From contig NC_068982.1 in assembly GCF_001194135.2 (NCBI RefSeq), positions 100,449,085 to 100,484,765 of the forward strand: 35,681 bases of DNA, given 5' to 3'. The position numbers were made by a program, and so were the translations under genes. A model generated the notes under the pieces. It ran no database searches and was not told the origin of the DNA. It saw nothing but the letters and a program-made list of their open reading frames with translations. Origin of the DNA: Octopus bimaculoides (taxonomy: Eukaryota). Shown here one piece after another: positions 11,671 through 22,154 of this stretch. Each line of letters opens with the position of its first letter. The stretch's first letter is position 1.

Positions 11671-11976
11671 AGAGTCATAAGAGCTTTGCCATGTTCTTAA
11701 TATACAACATGAAATCGACATGTTGAAAGTCATGCCTGAACGATTTAGCGAATTGAGTCATTTCATTCTACGTCATTGTGTGTTTAATGGACATTGGTTT
11801 TGAGGGAGCAAATGTAGAAAATATTTTCTCACGAAGTACATGCCTTTTTATGTTCACATGTAATAATGTTCATTATATAGACGGGCGCCATTTGCATCAC
11901 AGCTGTCATTAGATTATCTATATACTTGATCTGAATGTAAGTCTTCTCTTGGTGCCGTTGAAATAAGTACCAGTAA

Positions 11977-12029
<53 letters not shown>

Positions 12030-12105
12030 GTCTGTCTGTCTGTCTGTCTGCCTGCCCGCCTGTCTGTCTGCTCGTCCGTCCGTTTGTTTGTCTGTCTGTC
12101 TATCT
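11977..12105. repeat. (TATC)n/(TGTC)n microsatellite
   Basis: Direct reading. Confidence 0.9.
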
Positions 12106-12438
12106 ATTCATAAGCATGTTTATATATATGTATATATATGTTTTTATATATGTGTGTGTGTGTGTCGTTGTGTACGTGTATGTTAGGTTAATTTTAGTGC
12201 TACTGGTAACATGTAACCAAGTACAACCTGTCGCATGGTCGGTCGGGCTGTCAGCCACTTAACCAACAACCCTACCAAGTTTGGTATAACACTCGCAACT
12301 TCGTTTACATCCAGTTATGCAGACTTTTTAGCAAATGCGTACGTTGTTTAGATAACGGGATTGTCCATGTACAAAGCCTTTCCTTACTTTAAAAGGCCTC
12401 GCTTGATTTTTAATTTCTCTATTATGTGTTGCATATTA

Positions 12439-12720
12439 TGGTTGGCTGTAATCAAGAAAAGCAAAATGCTATATGATGAAATCAAAGCAAATGACAGCAT
12501 GGATGATAATCTCTCTTATCATATGCTATACCTGTGTTAAAGTGTATAGCTCTGTAGAAGGACTGAAAAGCCACGTCAATGCTGCTCATGTTTAAGAGAA
12601 CAACCAAACGTTGGTATTGCTCAAAATCGAGTGGCAGCCATCATGCATGCATGCTTGTATGTATGTATGTATGTATGTATGTATGTATGTATGTATGTAT
12701 GTATGTATGTATGTATGTAT
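12439..12720 (+). mobile_element. Probable LINE 3' end encoding a terminal C2H2 zinc finger, with (TATG)n tail
   Basis: WLAVIKKSKMLYDEIK... then a frameshift to IICYTCVKVYSSVEGLKSHVNAAHV* (first Cys at 12524), a short 3' UTR and a tetranucleotide tail. A terminal C2H2 finger occurs in several APE-type LINE ORF2 proteins. Confidence 0.5.
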
Positions 12721-13590
12721 TCTCTTTCTTTGTTTAACTTAGAGTAAATTTTGACCGGCCACTGATTTCGTAACAAAGTTATGAAGGGAAGTATCTTGAT
12801 TTAACTGTCATCCTTTAAATCTTAAGAAGGTCTTGCAGATTTTTATAGTCTCAGATATCGAGATCATTCGTAGCGTATGAATTAAGGATTTGCATTCTCT
12901 CTCCAAGTTTCCAACTTCAGCCATACTTTGCTCCAGACGGGTTGATATGTATCCTGTTGCTCCAATAATAATGGGTACAAAGCTGAAAGTGCATATTGGG
13001 TATTGGATTTAGAAACTCTTTATCAATAGTCCATACATGTCTTTTTTTTCTTGTATTTTTCTAACCACATTCATGTCCCAGGGGCAGCTGATTTCCACAG
13101 CAGAACATATTTTTTATTTGTGGTGCCACACAACGATATCTATCTGGTTGTGTTTTAACTTGATGTTTTAATTTTCAAGGTCCACCAGTATTTCTTTGAC
13201 CCATCGGCCTCAATATGGACAACATCGTTTGTAGGTAATCTCTTTTTGCTATTGTTCCAGACCGTTCTGGCCACCGTATCATGCCTCATGGGAAGATAAT
13301 ATCTGGAAGACGTTTCCTCACAGTTGGAAACGTCTTCCAGATATTATCACAGGTCGATGTCTTCAGCCTTGGTTTTGCACAGCCCACATTTGCTGTTTGT
13401 CAAAGTTTTCTGCCTTTTATGTTGTAGGTACTTGGTGGGGATCTCTTGTTCTTGGATTGCATGACTGTAGTCTTCAAAGTGGGATGTCTTAAACTTGTCG
13501 GTACTCCATGTCAAGCTGTTGACATGATCAGTCCCTTCTATGGTTTGTGTTTTGCATGTCAAGTACCCATGTACTACATTCTCATATATA
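12721..13590 (-). mobile_element. R4/Dong-like REL element fragment F (pre-CCHC region, REL, 3' UTR), divergent subfamily
   Basis: Minus strand: HGYL...SHFEDYSHAIQEQEIPTKYL...KCGLCKTKAEDID...VSNCEETSSRYYLPMRHDTVA...KHNQIDIVVW...VEISCPWD...VPIIIGATG...TIKICKTFLRFKG*, stop at 12808-12810. Confidence 0.88.
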
Positions 13591-14144
13591 CATACATACA
13601 TACATACATATATGTATATATATATATATATATATATGAGGGTGTTTGTTATGGCTGGTCAGAGAGTGACCATTGCTTTTGCACCTATAAAACGATTAGC
13701 GGTATAGGCGATTCGTTTGACTCAAATTACTTGAAACAGTATCAGTACCGAATAGTGATCTTTATAGCTAACTTAACATGGTTATACATTAAGAAAGCTA
13801 TAAAACCGCGGTATTCCCCCTGAAGAAATATTTAGTATAGACGTAGAGTGTTAAAAATTACAGAATACCAGCATCTCATCAGTGCGAGATGCTTTCTGAA
13901 TTCGAATAGAGCAGTTTTATGGCGTTCTTAAAGTATATCAACGTACGTGTATGTATGTATGTATGTATGTATGTATGTATGTATGTATGCTTATATGCGA
14001 GTTACGCAAATTAACTTAAATTATAAATGTAATCTACTGTTTCTTGCATATGCCTCCATTGCTGACGCAGTAAATGAAGTAGGACAACTGCTACACGAGT
14101 AACGCTGTTTGAGACAACCTCCCCCCAAAAGTAACAAAACAATA

Positions 14145-14260
14145 TCACGTGCCTACAGCTCTCCATCTCTTGTCTCTAGAGATAAGATTGTCTGTTTCAT
14201 AATAGAAGTCAATTTTGGAGAATTCTTGATTCTTAAGATTGTCTTTCCATCTCATTTGGA
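14145..14260 (-). mobile_element. Possible RTE-like LINE C-terminal remnant
   Basis: MRWKDNLKNQ...SRDKRWRAV resembles the RW-D-IK...DR--WR terminus of RTE ORFs. Short, pattern match only. Confidence 0.25.
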
Positions 14261-14423
14261 ATCAGTACAAATTGCCACCAAGTAGTTTGTCTATTCCCCT
14301 GGAAGCGAATATAATTTCAATACCCAGAACTTATCTTGTATAATATTAAATATATCTTTACTTGTTTTATTGCTCAACTATATACCGCGGGCCATTCTCA
14401 GTTGCCTTAGTTCAATATATATA

Positions 14424-15735
14424 TCAAGTCATCCCATAAGTTCTGTCCGATTTTGCCTTTCTTAAAATTGAATGAAATTTAATAGTATTTTAGAATGTCT
14501 GAAGGAATTAAAAATTATTTTTATGCATTTGTGTACACAATAATAGAATTGAAATTTGTTTGATTAAAATCCTTTCTAACATGGAAGTATCCAAAGAGCA
14601 TTTAAGGCACATAATGCTTTATGAGTACAAAAAGGAAACTCTGCAGCCGAAACGACTCGAAACATACACTCAGTTTATGGGAAAGAATGCTTAAATGAAA
14701 CTCCTTGCAGAAGATGGTTTGCAAAATTCAGAAGTGGAGATTTCAGCCTTGGAGATGAAGATCGAACAGATCTTCATCTGTCCAGCTGAGTTTGATGATA
14801 AGTTCTTTGAGGCATTACTTGAAGAAAATCCTGCATTATCAGTTGAAGAATTGGCAATAAATCTTAGTTCAAACCATCCAACTGTTCATCGTCATCTTCA
14901 ACNNNNNNNNNNNNNNNNNNNNNNNNNNNNNNNNNNNNNNNNNNNNNNNNNNNNNNNNNNNNNNNNNNNNNNNNNNNNNNNNNNNNNNNNNNNNNNNNNN
15001 NNNNNNNNNNNNNNNNNNNNNNNNNNNNNNNNNNNNNNNNNNNNNNNNNNNNNNNNNNNNNNNNNNNNNNNNNNNNNNNNNNNNNNNNNNNNNNNNNNNN
15101 NNNNNNNNNNNNNNNNNNNNNNNNNNNNNNNNNNNNNNNNNNNNNNNNNNNNNNNNNNNNNNNNNNNNNNNNNNNNNNNNNNNNNNNNNNNNNNNNNNNN
15201 NNNNNNNNNNNNNNNNNNNNNNNNNNNNNNNNNNNNNNNNNNNNNNNNNNNNNNNNNNNNNNNNNNNNNNNNNNNNNNNNNNNNNNNNNNNNNNNNNNNN
15301 NNNNNNNNNNNNNNNNNNNNNNNNNNNNNNNNNNNNNNNNGTGTGATGTTTCATCAGGACAATGCGCGACCCCACACTGCAAAGATCACATCACAGAAGA
15401 TCGAAGAGCTTGGTTGGGAAAAAATTCCTCATCCACCTTATTCTGCCGACCTTGCTCCGTCAGACTACCATTTGTTTCGTAGTTTACAGAATCATTTGGG
15501 GGATATAACTTTCGCAAGTCAGGAGGTGGTCGAAACTGACATTTCAGAGTTCTTCGCTCTGAAACCAAAAGAGTTTTATATTGATGGGATTAAAAAGCTT
15601 GTAAATAGATAGAAGGAAGTCATAGATAATCAGGGAAAGTACATTGATGATTAAATTTCAATTAAATATAGCATTTGATCACTTGTTTTCTTTATTCAAA
15701 ATTAAAATTCGGACAGAACTTAAGGGATGACCTGA
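14424..15735 (+). mobile_element. Mariner (Tc1/mariner, D34D) DNA transposon, full span, defective
   Basis: TIRs TCAAGTCATCCCATAAGTTCTGTCCGA (14424-14450) and TCGGACAGAACTTAAGGGATGACCTGA (15709-15735) with 2 mismatches; TA on both sides; 1312 bp. Confidence 0.95.
14581..15654 (+). pseudogene. Mariner transposase pseudogene
   Basis: MEVSKEHLRHIMLYEYKK, then a frameshift to ...RRWFAKFRSGDFSL. After the gap: HQDNARPH...HPPYSADLAPSDYHLF with 34 residues between the two Asp. Premature TAG at 15610-15612 (W position); natural stop at 15652-15654. The middle lies in the N gap. Confidence 0.9.
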
Positions 15736-15865
15736 TATATATATATATCTTGCAGAGAACGGTTATCGTTTTGAAAAACTGAAGAGTTGTCTAGTTCACG
15801 CTAGATATGGAACCAATGGTTTTTTTTCCAAAACTATTACGTTACACATACAAATATATGTTTGA

Positions 15866-15920
<55 letters not shown>

Positions 15921-15959
15921 TACTCACGAAGCGTCAATGAAAACTATTATCTATTAAAT

Positions 15960-16125
15960 TAACCACCATTACTTCACTGATACTTATTTTTTTCATTCTT
16001 CTTCAAGGAAGACGAAAGGCAAGGTCGATGCCAACAGGAATTGAACTCGAGAGATAAAAGAGATGTAACTAAATTACACGTGTCATTTTGCCTGGAGTTC
16101 TTCCGATCTTGCAATCACCTTCCAC
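15960..16125 (-). mobile_element. SINE family A, highly degraded
   Basis: ctgatacttatt, gaaaggcaaggtcga, gaattgaactc. Confidence 0.5.
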
Positions 16126-16362
16126 TTACTGTTGATGGTGTGGTTGCTGATACTATTGATATTCTTGGTGCGGTTGTAGTCGCAAGTTAATACTCGGCAA
16201 ACTGAGACCATGTTAAAGCCATTTAAGTCAAAGTCACTTAACGGGTAGCTTCTAGGAAAAGTACGACTGCTTCACATTCCTTTTTACTCTCCTATAAAGT
16301 AAGGACATTTCGTACCTTGTTAAAAGGTACCGATATCTTACTGTTTCTTTTTCTTCACTAGA

Positions 16363-16977
16363 ATGTATGTATGTATGTATGTATGTATGTATGTATGTAT
16401 GTATGTATGTATGTATACATGGAAGCATACACGCATGTATGTATGCATGTGTGTATGTATGTATGTACATATGTATGTATATGTGTATGTATGTATGTAT
16501 ACATGGAAGCATACACGCATGTATGTATGCATGTGTGTATGTATGTATGTACATATGTATGTATATGTGTATGTATGTATGCATGTGTGTATGTATGTAT
16601 GTACATATGTACGTATGTATGTGTGTATGTATGTATGTATACATGGAAGCATACACGCATGTATGCATGCATGTGTGTATGTATGTATGTGTGTATGTAT
16701 GTATGTATGTATGTATGTAAGTATACATGCATGTATGTATGTATGTATGTATGCATGCATGCATGTATGTATGTATGTATGCATGTGTGCATGTATGCAT
16801 GCATGTATATATGTATGCATGTATGTATGAATGCATGCATATATGTATGCATACATATATGTATGCATGTATGAACGTATGTATGCATGTATCCACGCAT
16901 GTATGTATGTATGCATACGTGTATGTATGCATGTATGAATGTATGTATACATATATGCATTATGTATGTATGTATGT
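16363..16977. repeat. Degenerate (ATGT)n tract with a higher-order unit
   Basis: ACATGGAAGCATACACGCATG recurs, with GGAAGC at 16421, 16505 and 16645. Confidence 0.9.
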
Positions 16978-17395
16978 CCTGAGTATGACTTTAAAAATAA
17001 GCCTCAGGTAAGAGGGTAATTTTCTAGCAATCATCCTCAAATCACTGAAGAATTAACGAGTGATTCGTTGTATTGCAATGCAAAATTAGACCACTACGCA
17101 GAAAAAGTGGATTGCGAAAGAGCAACGTCCACTCCTGGAGGAGATTTCTCTCTCATCCATTCAGCACTAGCACAGCAGGAGAGAACAAGAAAGAAGATCT
17201 TACCTGACTCATGTCTCTTTCTTTTTTTCCCCCTTTCTTAATAAAAAATGTAAAATCCCTCTGTAGCTTTTGATGTATGCAAAAGTTTGTGATGTCGGGC
17301 TTTCATCTATGAATAAATACAAATACAAAATAATTATTTATAAATGTGTATATACATACATACATACATACCGCATCAGAATATTTACTCCACGC

Positions 17396-17581
17396 GGACA
17401 ATTACCTTCCATAGGACAATTCCCCACGACAACAACTACCCACTAGGACAATAACCAGCCTCTTGGTTAATTACTCTCTCTCTCTAACATATTAAGAAGT
17501 TTCAAATCATCATTTGTTATCCTCAGGGGTAATTGTCTTTGGAGGGTTATTGTGCATGAGGTGGGGGTGGGGTAAATGTCC
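17396..17581. mobile_element. MITE-like foldback element with reiterated inverted motifs
   Basis: GGACAATTACC (17396), GGACAATTCCC (17414), GGACAATAACC (17446) face GGTAATTGTC (17528), GGTTATTGTGC (17545) and GGTAAATGTCC (17571). Confidence 0.55.
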
Positions 17582-17682
17582 TAGATTCATATATACATAC
17601 ATACATACATATATACATACATATATACATGCGTACATATATACATGCATGCATTATTACATTATAAATATATATATATATA

Positions 17683-17935
17683 TAGCCGTTGCCAGTACCG
17701 CCTGATTGGCCTTCGTGCCGTTGGCACGTAAAAGCACCCACAACAAACTCTCGGAGTGGTTGGCGTTAGGAAGGGCATCCAGCTGTAGAAACTCTGCCAA
17801 ATCAGATTGGAGCCTGGTGTAGCCATCTGGTTCACCAGTCCTCAGTCAAATCGTCCAACCCATGCTAGCATGGAAAGCGGGCGTTAAACGATGACGATGA
17901 TGATGATGATGATGATGAGGATGAGGATGATGATG
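17683..17935 (+). mobile_element. 3' part of a SINE/LINE-type retroposon with (GAT)n tail
   Basis: gttggcgttaggaagggcatccagctgtagaaac...caacccatgctagcatggaaagcgggcgttaaac then (GAT)n. Family assignment is from recall only. Confidence 0.6.
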
Positions 17936-17966
17936 ATATCTACATATATACATTATAAATATATAT

Positions 17967-17999
<33 letters not shown>

Positions 18000-18128
18000 G
18001 TGTATATATATGTGTGTATATATTATACATTATAAATATGTGTATACATGTATGTGTGTATGTACGTATGTATGTACGTATGTATGATATGCATATGTAT
18101 ATATGCCTGCGCGTATGCATATATGTGT

Positions 18129-18163
<35 letters not shown>
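17936..18163. repeat. Compound (TA)n/(TATG)n/(GT)n microsatellite
   Basis: Direct reading. Confidence 0.9.
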
Positions 18164-18164
<1 letters not shown>

Positions 18165-19039
18165 ACAATTCTATTATGCTATTTTCGGTTTCAGCCAGAG
18201 GCTATGACCATGTTGGGGCACTTCCATTATTGCTTGTCTACAGCCCTGTCTACAGAATCAATAAGTGGGTTAGACAGATCTACTCTTCTTTGTGATGTGG
18301 GTTCAACCGGCACATATTTACATCTACTCCTCTTTTATCTATGAGGCTTTTGGCAAGGTATTGAAAAGAAATCCTTTCAACCTTAAACTGTATTGGATTC
18401 TTACTCTTGACAGAGAAGGAGAAAGTCTTTGCTATATAACTTTCACTCCCAAAGCTGGTGCTAGACCTCCCAAGGTCTCCATATTTATCATTGCATATCC
18501 TTCGTATTTTATCTCCCGCGTGTTGAGCTCCAGCTCTTTTAGCCTATACAGTAGGCAATCATTTTGGCATAATGACTTTGGATTGCTGCTAATTTGACAC
18601 TTTGTGGCGACCATAATTAGGAGCAGTAATCCAGACGACTGAGAACGAATGTTCTCCCTAGAAGAATATATATGCCTTTTCGACGATGATTTGGGGTACC
18701 TAATTCTTGGTTTTACTTAAACTGGATTACCATACTCTTGTATTACGTTACACCTTTGGATTCCCGTGGGGTAAGTCGTTTTGATATATATAATCTCTTA
18801 GATACCCTAAATTATAATTTTAAATAATTATTACTTTTGATGGTTTTTATTCTCATGCTGGCCACCTGATAAAATCGGTATTTAAATATCGATCTTATCC
18901 TTATTTATATAAATTTNNNNNNNNNNNNNNNNNNNNNNNNNNNNNNNNNNNNNNNNNNNNNNNNNNNNNNNNNNNNNNNNNNNNNNNNNNNNNNNNNNNN
19001 NNNNNNTACATACTTACATCTACCTGTATGTATAGATGC

Positions 19040-19210
19040 ATATCTGGGTACAGGACATTGCAAACAAAGCGTAGACAAAATGATAAACGAGTACAGAAAA
19101 CACACAGGCCACATAGAGAACATCTCCTTCATCAGCTGTCCCCATTCTAACACAGGCGTTTCGAAGAGTAGGGCAGGACGCATCGTTAAAATGGCTCTTC
19201 CCACGGACCA
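19040..19210 (-). repeat. Interspersed repeat fragment, possibly a Penelope-like element terminus
   Basis: Shares GGGTACAGGACAT, CCTTCATCAG and TTTCGAA, in the same order, with 29887-30040. The PLE assignment is inference. Confidence 0.4.
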
Positions 19211-19354
19211 CAAATTAAATTGAATTAAATTTGATTCAAATTAAATTTGTAACGTGGAGGAATGTAGTGGCGGACAAAACAAAACAGGAAAACGAAACTG
19301 AGATATACAGATTCATATATATATATGAATGTATCTCTCTCTACCAATCAATCA

Positions 19355-19355
19355 A

Positions 19356-19414
<59 letters not shown>

Positions 19415-19473
19415 ATATATATATATAGCNNNNNNNNNNNNNNNNNNNNNNNNNNNNNNNNNNNNNNNNNNNN

Positions 19474-19534
<61 letters not shown>

Positions 19535-19548
19535 ATATATATATATAG
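19355..19548. repeat. (CT)n/(TA)n microsatellite duplicated across a gap
   Basis: Direct reading; the same (CT)n-GTATATATATATATATAGC occurs on both sides of N 19430-19473. Confidence 0.85.
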
Positions 19549-20024
19549 CATAACACTTCAAAATGTTTTCTAACTGTAACATCACAATTTCCTTATACTG
19601 TAGTGTCTTGTTTCTCTTGGGCTTTAATTATCCTTTCGATGAAATTAGATGAGTACCATTCCAGTCACACACTTGGACGATGAAACGTCGGGCATATATT
19701 ATACATAACATGAATGCATTTTAGTTTAGTAGCTTAAGTCAGAATAACCTATTGGTTTCACAGCTCACACCTGTACAAGTTCACACTGTGTGCATACAGA
19801 TTTCCAATGAGCCAGTCACAGGTGTAATGCAGCGGACGGTTAATGTAAAAGCTAATTACCAATAAAATTCTATCTTATGACTTTAGTTTCTCTTAGTATC
19901 TGTGAAAGGTTAGGAAAACCGAACCCTCGACTCAATGAGTGTCAGCCTGTCCATCTGCATAGTTGTGTATAATTTACATACCACAGAAAACACTATAGAA
20001 AACTTTGTTGATCTGTCGTAAGAT

Positions 20025-20160
20025 AATAGTAGTAGTAGTAATAGCAGTAGTAGCCACCGCCGCCGTCGTCGTTGTCGTAGTACTAGCAGCAGCAGTGGTA
20101 GTAGTCACCGCCACCGTCGTCGTAGAAGCAGCAGCAGCTGCAGCAGTAGTAGTAGTAGTT
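20025..20160. repeat. Degenerate trinucleotide tract (GTA/GCA/GTC)
   Basis: Direct reading. Confidence 0.85.
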
Positions 20161-20425
20161 TTGCTCAGAAATCAGCTCGATCAAGCGGACAAAATGGTCA
20201 AGAGCAACACGGTTACGATCAGTTTCTCTTTTAATCAAGTGTAATTTATCTACGACAATACAGTAAAATGTGTTCTGTTCTTTTTAAGATACTAGATTTG
20301 ATCTGAGGTTTGATCTGAGGTTGCAGCAGCTCTAGGGGCTGTAATAAGAATCAAATATCGGACCACAGAGCTAGGGACTACGTTGAAGGAATTTGATTGG
20401 TATGTATAGTTGTATTGGTAGATTA

Positions 20426-20494
<69 letters not shown>

Positions 20495-20908
20495 NNNNNN
20501 NNNNNNNNNNNNNNNNNNNNNNNNNNNNNNNNNNNNNNNNNNNNNNNNNNNNNNNNNNNNNNNNNNNNNNNNNNNNNNNNNNNNNNNNNNNNNNNNNNNN
20601 NNNNNNNNNNNNNNNNNNNNNNNNNNNNNNNNNNNNNNNNNNNNNNNNNNNNNNNNNNNNNNNNNNNNNNNNNNNNNNNNNNNNNNNNNNNNNNNNNNNN
20701 NNNNNNNNNNNNNNNNNNNNNNNNNNNNNNNNNNNNNNNNNNNNNNNNNNNNNNNNNNNNNNNNNNNNNNNNNNNNNNNNNNNNNNNNNNNNNNNNNNNN
20801 NNNNNNNNNNNNNNNNNNNNNNNNNNNNNNNNNNNNNNNNNNNNNNNNNNNNNNNNNNNNNNNNNNNNNNNNNNNNNNNNNNNNNNNNNNNNNNNNNNNN
20901 ATATATAT

Positions 20909-21072
20909 ACGACGGGCTTCTTTCAGTTTCCGTCTACAAAATCCACTCACAAGGCTTTGGTCGGCTCGAGGCTATAGTAGAAGACACTTGCCCAAGGTGC
21001 CACACAGTGGGAATGAACCCGGAACCATGTGGTTGGTAGGCAAGCTACTTACCACACAGCCACTCCTGCGCC
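20909..21072 (-). mobile_element. SINE family B, tRNA-like head and 5' body
   Basis: Reverse complement GGCGCAGGAGTGGCTGTGTGGT (A box)...GGTTCATTCCC (B-box-like)...CCTTGGGCAAGTGTCTTC; highly similar to 35502-35665. Confidence 0.88.
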
Positions 21073-21261
21073 TATATTACATAATATACTACTATACATA
21101 CACTAAAAAGCCGGCTGATTACATTTGCTTGATAAAAGTTGAACTGTGACTAAACAACAACTTTCTCAAATTTGCGAACGTATTATCTGTTTCCGGCTGT
21201 CACAGACCATCATTAGTTTCTTCGGTGTCCGTTTGTTTTCCTTTATATTTACAATGAGGGA

Positions 21262-21435
21262 TGAAGACGGTGAGCTGGCAGAGTCGTTAGAACATTGTCC
21301 TATGTGGGATTTCTTCTGGTTCTTTCTTTATGTTCGACGTTCAATTCCCGTCGAGATCAACTTTGCCTTTCTTCCAGTCAAATACTAAGGTCGGTGGCAT
21401 CGATTCATTCACCTACCCTCAGAATTACTGGCCTT
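21262..21435 (+). mobile_element. SINE family A, degraded and internally deleted
   Basis: gacggtgagctggcagagtcgttag, gttcaattccc, actttgcctttc. Confidence 0.65.
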
Positions 21436-21749
21436 CTGCCTAAATCAGAAATAACTTACATCATAAATTCTTTTCTTTTCTATTTAAGAGAGTGAGAGAG
21501 AGTTAAAGAGAGAGAGAGAGAGAGAGAGAGAGGGGGAGTGAAAGAGAGAGTTAAAGAGAGAGTGTGTGAGTGCTTACGTGTGCTGGCAATAATATAGGGT
21601 TTAAACGATAATGTTGACATAACGTCAGGGTGAACTAATAAAGATCACATCCTATATCGTTGCCCCCACCACCAGGGATGGGCGAGCAGTTGGGCTCTAC
21701 AGGGCCATACTGGCCTATAACATGTTAACACAGATCGGCAGACGGTTAT

Positions 21750-21912
21750 ATCAACCCACGTAGTTGGCTGGTACTTAATTTTATCGATCCTGAATGACAA
21801 AAGACAAGATTAATCTTGATGAGATTTGAACTCAGAACGTAAAGAGCCGTAACAAATACCGTTAAGGTATTCTACTCCTACGTCCGAACGATTCTGCTCA
21901 TCCCTGCCCTAA
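21750..21912 (-). mobile_element. SINE family A, degraded
   Basis: ctggtacttaattttatcgatcc, atttgaactcagaacgtaaagag, aacgattctgc. Confidence 0.7.
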
Positions 21913-22034
21913 ATATATACATAGAATTTGAGCTCTAACAAAAATACTAATCTTTTAGTGTAATGTTTTAATAGCTTGCTCTGTCAGCTGGGGACAAACA
22001 GTTCGATTTCTGACTGAAAGACCTTTTTTAAATA

Positions 22035-22113
22035 CTGTATTTTACTTTCAAGCTGTATGTATGTATGTATGTATGTATGTATGTATGTATGTATGTATGT
22101 ATGTGTGTGTGTG

Positions 22114-22150
<37 letters not shown>
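22035..22150. repeat. (TATG)n/(GT)n/(TA)n microsatellite
   Basis: Direct reading. Confidence 0.9.

Positions 22151-22154
<4 letters not shown>

Noticed and set aside
16252-17011. His/Thr/Tyr-rich and Met/Val/Cys-rich ORFs (also 10943-11234, 17891-18344, 25482-25881, 34657-35009)
   Set aside because: Translations of microsatellites.
18195-18650. Possible exon or transposase remnant (acceptor at about 18192; CQNDCLLYR on the minus strand)
   Set aside because: All frames stop early and the similarity to CACTA or L1 motifs is limited to a few residues.
19646-19692. Hammerhead-like TAGATGA...GAAACGTC
   Set aside because: Two core substitutions and no stem I; at most a decayed remnant.
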